23,472 nucleotides of DNA from Candidatus Baldrarchaeum yapensis. Lineage in GTDB: Archaea > Asgardarchaeota > Baldrarchaeia > Baldrarchaeales > Baldrarchaeaceae. The number at the start of each line of letters is the position of its first letter. Positions within the stretch are counted from its first letter, which is position 1. This document shows, piece by piece, positions 16,767-23,472 of the stretch. Location: contig JAEOSH010000032.1 in the NCBI GenBank assembly GCA_016840465.1, positions 1 through 23,472 of the forward strand, in the 5' to 3' direction. The position numbers and the translations under genes were made by a program. The notes beneath the pieces are model-generated. The model was given only the letters and a program-made list of their open reading frames with translations, was not told the DNA's origin and made no database searches.

Positions 16767-17631
16767 GTTCCGCACCTCCCCAAATCCTTAGAATGGATTG
16801 CAGTATGCTTTCTCCGATCCTTGCATATCTGCCGTTGGATTTTGCGAAGAGCAATTCTGAGAGTTTGCTTCCAGATCCGTGGCCGTCGGCCGCTCTCAAG
16901 AACATCACATGAAACTCGGAGTCCCGATCACATCTCATGAGCAGGAACGTGGAACTGGGGTGGGCGAGCATTTCTTCAACATCTATTGGCACCACTCGCA
17001 GGTTCATAAGATTATCCAAATCGATCTCCGCCTCGCTATAATCGGATCTGCCATCTACGATTTCCAGTATCATCTCCATTATTGTCGAAATATTCCGATT
17101 TCTATCGACATCTCGTATTAGGAGGGCCTTCGGCCGGGCGCATCCGTCATTCCTTATCAGCATCACTTCTGAGTTCAGCACTCTCGCGATCGAAAGAACC
17201 TCCTCTACGGAGGCTCTGGATTCTACCGGTATCACTAGCTTTCCGTGGTCTCCTCTCATCAAGATCGCAATTCCATTCCGTGCAATCAGTACTGTTTTCC
17301 TTCGGGACATCTCGTACACTATAACATACGCGACGGTGAGGACCAGGGGCAGGAGGATAAGCGGGTTTTCCCGTATGAGGAGGAACGTTATGTGAACGGA
17401 GAACAACAACATTATCAGCGCCGGTAGCCTGCGAGAAGATGCATACACGCTCGTTCCAAAGATCATCACCACATAGAATAGAATTATCGGAAGATGCGCG
17501 CTCCAAATTCCAAATAACGCCAGTCTTGTCAGCATAATAAGCGATACGATTCCCTCCTCCACCACCGACAGCAACCATAGGATGAAGACTGCCCCCAGCA
17601 TGTACCTGATGATCACGTCATTCGTCGCCAT
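16756..17631 (-). CDS. Membrane protein (about 4 N-terminal TM plus a soluble domain)
   Basis: Hydrophobic first 110 aa; SD-like GGGGGTGG before ATG 17631; overlaps both neighbours. Confidence 0.72.
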   Translation of the reverse strand: MATNDVIIRYMLGAVFILWLLSVVEEGIVSLIMLTRLALFGIWSAHLPIILFYVVMIFGTSVYASSRRLPALIMLLFSVHITFLLIRENPLILLPLVLTVAYVIVYEMSRRKTVLIARNGIAILMRGDHGKLVIPVESRASVEEVLSIARVLNSEVMLIRNDGCARPKALLIRDVDRNRNISTIMEMILEIVDGRSDYSEAEIDLDNLMNLRVVPIDVEEMLAHPSSTFLLMRCDRDSEFHVMFLRAADGHGSGSKLSELLFAKSNGRYARIGESILQSILRIWGGAEREG

Positions 17632-18280
17632 TTTCGCCACCCCCTAACGAGTAATTTATCCGCACTCCCGCGCTCCTCCCCGATAATTTCTCAATGACCG
17701 CCACTCTATGACCTCCGGCCGTGGAATCCCTCTCTAAGCGTATGACCGTACGTGCCAGCTTCTTCAGGGGTAGTAACAATCTCTGGTGGTGCAACTCGGA
17801 GGAGTTGAATTGGGCCAGCGCGATAATTGAGGTTCCTCTCCTGAGCAACAGCACGAGTATGGGGATCATTTCCTCTAAAACTTTAAACGCAGCCTTGAAC
17901 CCGTACCGGTAAATATTCCACCTTATCAGTGAGGAAATCGTGTCTATCACTATCAGAATGCCCGAGCCGGATGCTGTGGAACGAATGCCATCGAGTATTG
18001 AGAGCAACCGTGAAACTTCCGGGTTTCCAGTTATGACTGTTATTCTTCTGAGCAATTCGGGATTCTTCATGAAGCGGCCACGCAGGGCGCGGGGATCCAA
18101 CTTCAAATCTACATCTAGGTACATGGTCCTGATGTTCATCCGTGCCGCATGTATCGCCATTCTAAGGGCAATCATCGTTTTCCCGGTTCCGGACTCCCCG
18201 TATATCATGCAGATCGACGGATGAGCTATCCCTCCGTCCAGAATCTCATCAAGTTCCGGAACTCCCGTGCTGAGGACCAT
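17618..18280 (-). CDS. RecA-superfamily ATPase (RadB/aRadC-like, no N-terminal domain)
   Basis: LSTGVPELDEILDGGI, YGESGTGKT and LIVIDTIS; about 220 aa. Confidence 0.88.
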   Translation of the reverse strand: MVLSTGVPELDEILDGGIAHPSICMIYGESGTGKTMIALRMAIHAARMNIRTMYLDVDLKLDPRALRGRFMKNPELLRRITVITGNPEVSRLLSILDGIRSTASGSGILIVIDTISSLIRWNIYRYGFKAAFKVLEEMIPILVLLLRRGTSIIALAQFNSSELHHQRLLLPLKKLARTVIRLERDSTAGGHRVAVIEKLSGRSAGVRINYSLGGGENGDE

Positions 18281-18281
18281 C

Positions 18282-21200
18282 CTAGCCGCCCACACCAAGC
18301 CTCCTCACCACTCCTACCAGTTTTCTCTTGAAGAGGATGGAAGAACTGGCGATTATCAGCGCGGGGGTTGCTATCACGGCAATCTCTATAACCTCCCAGT
18401 TCTGCTCAGTAGACGGTGCTTCTCTCTTCATTTCAGTGGTGTGGAGGGTTTCATTTCCAACCTCTTGTTCGGTACTCGACTCATTCGTCTGCGTAGTAAA
18501 GTTGCTCTCTGCTACCTCTCCGTTCTGCTCCGTTTGAGGGGTTTCCTCCCTCATCACTCGTACTGTTACGAGGGAGGACGTCGCGGGAAGAAACGGATGG
18601 GAAACCTTCACGAGAAACGTGTAATTTCCGGCATTTAAGTTGCGCAGCGGAATTGTCACCTGATATTTGCCAGGGGCGGTTTGCATTCCGCATGAGGATA
18701 TATTGTACCCGATTATTGATGCGTTGACCGTGCAGTCGCCGAGCAATAGACCGTTATACGTTACGGACACATTTAGCATGACATATTCCGTGCCATTGCC
18801 GCGAATACTTATCACTCCGTTGCCCTGTACCGTTATCGAAATTTCGGGAGGTAGTGCTGTGCTTGATGAGTTCTCAACGAGCGGAAGCACTCCCAAGGTT
18901 TTCAATGCCCTCACAACGATCATCAATTCGACCAGATCCCGCAGATCTGGGTTTCTCAGTCTGGAGAGACAGTAATATAAAGAGGCATTCAGTTTGACAA
19001 AGGACTCTCGAAGGAAGGACTCCTCCCGGGCGCGCGTGGAATTCAGCGTTGAAATTATTAGCACCTTCAGTGCAGATGTGAGGGGGTCTTGGCACCTGCA
19101 CGATACAACATATCTTTCGAGCGATGTGAGGTTCACGCCTCCCGCAACCCCTATTGTCATAATTATTTCTGTGGCGAAATACTCCGAGATCAGGGGTGAG
19201 GACAAAACTGGCGGGATCCACTCGCTCTCTGGGAATGCGCCCGTCTCGTTCTGGTGGGTTCTCAGGTATTCGAGGAGTAATCCGGTGAAGTTATAGAGGT
19301 AGTCGAAGAGCGCGTCCATCTCCACGCACGTGAGGACCGCCATTGTAGCGCTGTAGATCGTGACATATCTTTCATCGGCGGGCACGAATGTCCATTTTCT
19401 GGTACCGCCGGCCAGTTCTCCGTCGGTAACCCTACACCTTCGGATCTTTTCCATCAATTCATCCCTATATTCGAACTCCAGCAAGAGAATGTTGTAGGAC
19501 CTGATTCCGAAGAGTGCGGTCCCAACACTGGGACTTCCGAGGCCGGTGTCGATTGCAATATCAAAGGGCATCCTCATGAATCGGGTGCCGGAGGATGAGG
19601 AAGTCCCGAAGAACAGGCATATTGGGAAGTCCCTGAACCCGTCCCCGGACATGTATGTGTTCTTCAAGAACTCGGCAAGGGAAGTTTTGTTCACGGCATC
19701 CAGCATCCCAATATCGCTCAGAGTTTCGATCACAAAGTACGTCGTTGCAAGGGAACCCTCCAGTTTGCTATATGGGAGGAATCCCCCTTTTCCTCTCCAG
19801 CAGGACTCCAGGTACGACCTTACGGCTCCAATGTTCACCGCTGAGAGAACATTGTATGCGCGAAGGGCGAGAAGCGCCGCCGCGGTGTCGAATACGGTGG
19901 GAAATATTATGTCATCGGATGAGAATCCGCCGATCTCCGTCTGTCTCTCCATTATCCAATCGATAACTCTTGCTAGGAAGATCCTGTCCAGTATTTCCGA
20001 TATTTTGCTGTCGTTGAACCTCCGTAGCCTTTCGACGCAGAGGACGGCGTATGCGTTCTGATAAAGCGTATCATATGATGTGACGTTGAACAGTTCATCC
20101 AGCAGGTAGCAATCCACGAGCCATTCGGCCGTGGCTGAAAGGTTCACGATATCGAGTACATATTCGGGGCCCAGAACCTCCGATAGGGTCAGGAGGGTGT
20201 CTAGTGCGAGGAAGGACGACTCGAAGAATCGATACGCGTAGTAACCGTATGCGAACGATGGAATTCCCTCCTTGGGCAGAAAAGCACCATAGTATTCGGA
20301 CGATTCGTCGGAGACCTGCAACCTCTTTATATAGCTAACGACGGAAGCCGCCATCGTTCCGTTGACTTCACCGAGTATCATGAGCGCCTTTATGGCGGCC
20401 CATGTAGCCTTAACCTCCATGGTTCTATCTATCGTCGTTTCGTAGGCAAATTTTCCGGAGGTGCTGTTATATGCGGAGGAAAGGAAACATGCGACCTTGC
20501 TTTTATTTACTAAGTCGAGGGCGCCGAGCATTTTCAACAACATGATCACAAGGGCCGTTGTGAGAACCTTCGACTCTGCCGGGGGTTCCTGGTAAAAGGA
20601 GCCCTCATCGTCATGATATAGCGATAAAAGCCAGCTAACGGTGGCGTTCTTATCGATTAGGGAGGAGTTAATTCCGCAGGTCTCCATGCAGAGCCATCCA
20701 TAGAACGTAGATACTATGTCGGGTTCCGAGAGACAGGGGAAGCCTCCGCGCCCATGCCATTGATCTAACTGCAACTTTGCGAGAGATTGTGCCAGTAGGT
20801 CGATGATGGTTTGTTCTCTTAACCAGAACAGCGAATTTATGAGGAAATACTTCCCCTCAAGTGAAAGATCGCCGGGTTTTTCAACCCCCACCCACAGAAC
20901 CCTAACATCTCCTCTCAGCGACACGGCTGATGCCGCGAGCGTGGAGTTTTTCATTATAAGGATCGGAGGCGTGGTGTTATTCAGCAGATCGGAGGCATTC
21001 GCCACCACGCATTCGGACCTAGGATTAACGATGTGCATATGAGCTTTGGACCCGCATATGTCAAATGGTGCCCTGAATATCGAGAGGTTACGCGCGTAGG
21101 AGGGAATGTAGAGGGCGTCGGGGGCGGTTATGCGTAACGGGGAGGTTGAGGTTACGAGCAACGTTATGGATTCACCGAGAAGTAGGGTTGGGGCCGAGAT

Positions 21201-21518
21201 GTTAAGGGCTTCTAAACTTTGGGATAGAGGACGGGGGATCACAATAATGTTATCGGAGGAGGCGTATTCGGTGAGGTTCTCTGGACTCGTTATTAGTGAT
21301 GATATTCCAAACTCTGAGAAGAAGCGGGCCCATGTGGCCGCGTAAGGGTCGCTGGTATTCTCGGATAAGATTACAACTTCCGGTGCCCGGTTGTTTTCGA
21401 CCACCGCCCGCTGTGTTATACTGTTTGCGGGAGGGACTTCATTGGCAATAATGAGTATCAATATTAGAGAGATCACCGATATTACATGAAATTTAAACCG
21501 ATGTTTTACGGATTTCAT
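18282..21518 (-). CDS. Large secreted, C-terminally membrane-anchored glycoprotein with prenyltransferase/squalene-oxidase (alpha/alpha toroid) repeats
   Basis: N-terminal signal peptide; about 9 GGF/GSF/GAF...T..A...L..LG repeats; Ig-like beta region; Thr/Glu-rich linker; C-terminal TM followed by a basic tail; about 30 N-x-S/T sequons. Confidence 0.82.
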   Translation of the reverse strand: MKSVKHRFKFHVISVISLILILIIANEVPPANSITQRAVVENNRAPEVVILSENTSDPYAATWARFFSEFGISSLITSPENLTEYASSDNIIVIPRPLSQSLEALNISAPTLLLGESITLLVTSTSPLRITAPDALYIPSYARNLSIFRAPFDICGSKAHMHIVNPRSECVVANASDLLNNTTPPILIMKNSTLAASAVSLRGDVRVLWVGVEKPGDLSLEGKYFLINSLFWLREQTIIDLLAQSLAKLQLDQWHGRGGFPCLSEPDIVSTFYGWLCMETCGINSSLIDKNATVSWLLSLYHDDEGSFYQEPPAESKVLTTALVIMLLKMLGALDLVNKSKVACFLSSAYNSTSGKFAYETTIDRTMEVKATWAAIKALMILGEVNGTMAASVVSYIKRLQVSDESSEYYGAFLPKEGIPSFAYGYYAYRFFESSFLALDTLLTLSEVLGPEYVLDIVNLSATAEWLVDCYLLDELFNVTSYDTLYQNAYAVLCVERLRRFNDSKISEILDRIFLARVIDWIMERQTEIGGFSSDDIIFPTVFDTAAALLALRAYNVLSAVNIGAVRSYLESCWRGKGGFLPYSKLEGSLATTYFVIETLSDIGMLDAVNKTSLAEFLKNTYMSGDGFRDFPICLFFGTSSSSGTRFMRMPFDIAIDTGLGSPSVGTALFGIRSYNILLLEFEYRDELMEKIRRCRVTDGELAGGTRKWTFVPADERYVTIYSATMAVLTCVEMDALFDYLYNFTGLLLEYLRTHQNETGAFPESEWIPPVLSSPLISEYFATEIIMTIGVAGGVNLTSLERYVVSCRCQDPLTSALKVLIISTLNSTRAREESFLRESFVKLNASLYYCLSRLRNPDLRDLVELMIVVRALKTLGVLPLVENSSSTALPPEISITVQGNGVISIRGNGTEYVMLNVSVTYNGLLLGDCTVNASIIGYNISSCGMQTAPGKYQVTIPLRNLNAGNYTFLVKVSHPFLPATSSLVTVRVMREETPQTEQNGEVAESNFTTQTNESSTEQEVGNETLHTTEMKREAPSTEQNWEVIEIAVIATPALIIASSSILFKRKLVGVVRRLGVGG

Positions 21519-21918
21519 AATATACACTCTCCTGGGACGGTAATGCTTCTTTTAACCGCGATATGTTTCGGGATATTCCATCAGACCCACTAATTGCTTG
21601 GTATTTTACCAGATGCGCCGCCTGTCGACTTTTTTTCACAAGTGGGGTTGATGCAGGGGGTTTATATAGGGTACTACAATCATGTTACTGTGCTGACGAA
21701 AATACGTGATTTTACCGCGTTCCGGTTATATACAGTTTTATTTTTGAAACTTGAGTAAAAAATTTGAAATTTTGTAATATTATGCATTTTATTCGGTATA
21801 ATTTGATGCCGGAAGACGAGACCCGGTGTACCATTCTTGCAAAAATTTCAAAAACTGCGAGAGAGTGGTACGCGAGGTTTTGCAATTGTTCTTGCAGCAT
21901 GAAGTTGCATGCCAACCC

Positions 21919-21927
21919 TTTATATTT
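21919..21927 (+). promoter_or_regulatory. Putative TATA box for the zincin-like gene
   Basis: TTTATATTT lies about 25-35 nt upstream of in-frame GTG 21950 and ATG 21959. Confidence 0.45.
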
Positions 21928-21958
21928 ATGGGCTGAGAAAGATAAGTTGGTGGACGGG

Positions 21959-22891
21959 ATGGACGTAAGCAGGATTTTCGAGGAAAACATGCTGGAAGCG
22001 GGAGAGTACGAACCCGAGGTAAAATCTCCGGAGGCCTTGAAATTCAGGGAGGAAAGAGCAATATTAGCACTGAAGAAACATGTCAGATCCATATGGGGAG
22101 GCGTTTCGAGGGAGCAGGTTCTCTCCGAGAGGTACCTTCATGACTTTCTGAGGAGAGCCATCTCCTTCCTTGCTGGTAAGACCTTTGAAGCGATAAAGGA
22201 TACACAAGTTCTGCCGATGCCCCCCACTCCGCCGGCCGCGGTGAAGGACCCGCCGCTGGCAGAAGTCGAGGAAGAGAGATGGGTGTTTTCGGGTGTTCAC
22301 CTAGCCGGGATTGTTGATCCGTTTTCCATCTACATCCCGTATCATGCGGATATCGAGAATTGGGGGATCTACATCAGGGCGCGGAGGGTGGTGGAGGACT
22401 TTCTTGCGTTCTGCGAGGAGTTCGAGGTGGAGGAGGTTGGGGTTCCGCTGGTGTTCACGATTTACCTCAACACCGTGATGACACACGCGATGATGCATCA
22501 CATTGTGGAGGACATAGCTACACTGCTGGAGTTTGGCAGCGGGAGTTCGCGGTACCCCCTGCTTAAGAGGGAGGAAGAGGAAGGCTTTTGCGAGTATATG
22601 GCATTTACGCGGAAGATTGCATCGACTAGGTTCACGAAGCTATTCCCCGCCGTGATGCGGTGGAGGGCCGGGGAGTATGGAGAAATATTTGCGAAAGTTA
22701 CTTCGGCGCTGTACTTTCATTGGAGGAGGGCGGAGGATCCCGTGTACAGGCCCCGCATTACGCCGGAGGTATCAAGGGCGCTGGGTCCATTCTCGTTTGT
22801 CGTTAAGTTCTCTCACAGGATAGAGAGCGCCACCGTTCTGAAGGTCAGAGGAGATGAGGTGAACCGCAGGGTCTTCGTCACGGAAAGGTGA
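21959..22891 (+). CDS. Zincin-like hypothetical protein with HAxxH in place of HExxH
   Basis: YIPYH...WGIYI, THAMMHHIVE and the downstream EEEEGFCEY give a gluzincin-type arrangement. The start is reassigned from 21764. Confidence 0.7.
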   Translation: MDVSRIFEENMLEAGEYEPEVKSPEALKFREERAILALKKHVRSIWGGVSREQVLSERYLHDFLRRAISFLAGKTFEAIKDTQVLPMPPTPPAAVKDPPLAEVEEERWVFSGVHLAGIVDPFSIYIPYHADIENWGIYIRARRVVEDFLAFCEEFEVEEVGVPLVFTIYLNTVMTHAMMHHIVEDIATLLEFGSGSSRYPLLKREEEEGFCEYMAFTRKIASTRFTKLFPAVMRWRAGEYGEIFAKVTSALYFHWRRAEDPVYRPRITPEVSRALGPFSFVVKFSHRIESATVLKVRGDEVNRRVFVTER

Positions 22892-23101
22892 TTCGCGTTT
22901 ACTCGAGTTTCCTTTAAGCTAGTGTTGAGGCCGATTCATAAGCAATTTTAATGGAGAAGTACGGAAGTTCGTGCTCAGAGGACTTTGGCAACACCGCATT
23001 ACTAAACATGCGAAGTATTATTCAGCAACGGATCGAAAGCTTCAATAGAGCCCACCATGTAGGATTTTATCGATACTTCTAAGCGACGAGTTTTCGCAGG
23101 A

Positions 23102-23472
23102 ATGTTTTCACAAAAGTTTTGCGTGGTGTTAAAATTGCAAGTGCTAAAGGATGTGCGGGTCGCAATAGGCGGTAAGGTTGCACAACTCAGGGCATTATTT
23201 GATACTGGGTCGAATTTCACAATTATGGGGTATAATACTCTGAAGTCCAAGTTGGGCGATGTCGAAATTAAACGCCTCGCCAAGCCTAGGGAGGTCGTAC
23301 TCGTAAACGGGCAGAAAATAATCATTGACGCGTATGTTGATGCGGAAATATACATAGACGATTACATGATCGAGGAGCGAATATATCTGTCTAAGGATGT
23401 TGTTGGAAGGGTTTTCGTTGGTGAAAAGGAGATGCGGCTTCCGGATTTGATAATAGGGGCGCCGACTATGGA
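23102..23472 (+). CDS. Retropepsin-like (clan AA) aspartyl protease, 3'-truncated by the window end (not in ORF track)
   Basis: Translation: MFSQKFCVVLKLQVLKDVRVAIGGKVAQLRALFDTGSNFT...LPDLIIGAPTM. It has the catalytic DTG and the C-terminal IIG motif. The start may be GTG 23123 or 23126. Confidence 0.85.
   Translation, partial: MFSQKFCVVLKLQVLKDVRVAIGGKVAQLRALFDTGSNFTIMGYNTLKSKLGDVEIKRLAKPREVVLVNGQKIIIDAYVDAEIYIDDYMIEERIYLSKDVVGRVFVGEKEMRLPDLIIGAPTM

Noticed and set aside
13253-16810. Paralogy between the C-termini of the 251-aa and 291-aa membrane proteins (GEELREAVL vs GESILQSIL)
   Set aside because: The match is too short and low in information to support by eye.
21764-21958. N-terminal 65 codons of the 375-aa ORF
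   Set aside because: AT-rich, Cys-rich non-coding-like sequence containing a TATA box at 21919; treated as intergenic.
23002-23355. Minus-strand 117-aa ORF
   Set aside because: It is the antisense shadow of the retropepsin gene on the + strand.
1-23472. Remaining short ORFs nested in or antisense to the long genes; tRNA, rRNA, CRISPR and IS elements
   Set aside because: The nested ORFs lack motifs and are typical shadows at this GC content. No cloverleaf, rRNA signature, repeat-spacer array or transposase motif was found by eye.

Overview
Archaeal genomic window, most likely from a TACK- or Asgard-type lineage. This is inferred from TATA/BRE promoters, GGAGGTG Shine-Dalgarno sites and the gene content; the taxon cannot be fixed from sequence alone. 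The main feature is a 12-gene, essentially gapless minus-strand chain (21518 to 7626). In order it encodes a large glycosylated surface alpha/alpha-barrel protein, a RecA/RadB-like ATPase, a 4-TM protein, a Hel308/Ski2-like helicase with an inserted SWIM finger, three small membrane proteins, a HerA/VirB4-like protein with a dead Walker A and a C-terminal winged helix, a three-component nitrogenase-like reductase, and an unknown protein. The reductase (Fe protein plus two catalytic subunits) has the architecture of (proto)chlorophyllide reductases: DPOR/COR-type cysteine spacing, 3+1 Cys ligands, a C-terminal PCP_red-like domain and no P-cluster or FeMo-co ligand set. No photosynthesis, nif or cfb genes lie nearby. 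The left part has a structured GC-rich leader RNA candidate, two stand-alone Lrp/AsnC ligand-binding genes (the second frameshifted), a degraded HEPN gene, an FMN glutamate-synthase-family protein, a convergent pair of degenerate HerA-like paralogues and a DUF72-SWIM fusion. The right end has a zincin-like protein with HAxxH and a partial retropepsin-like protease. No rRNA, tRNA, CRISPR array or intact transposase was seen.
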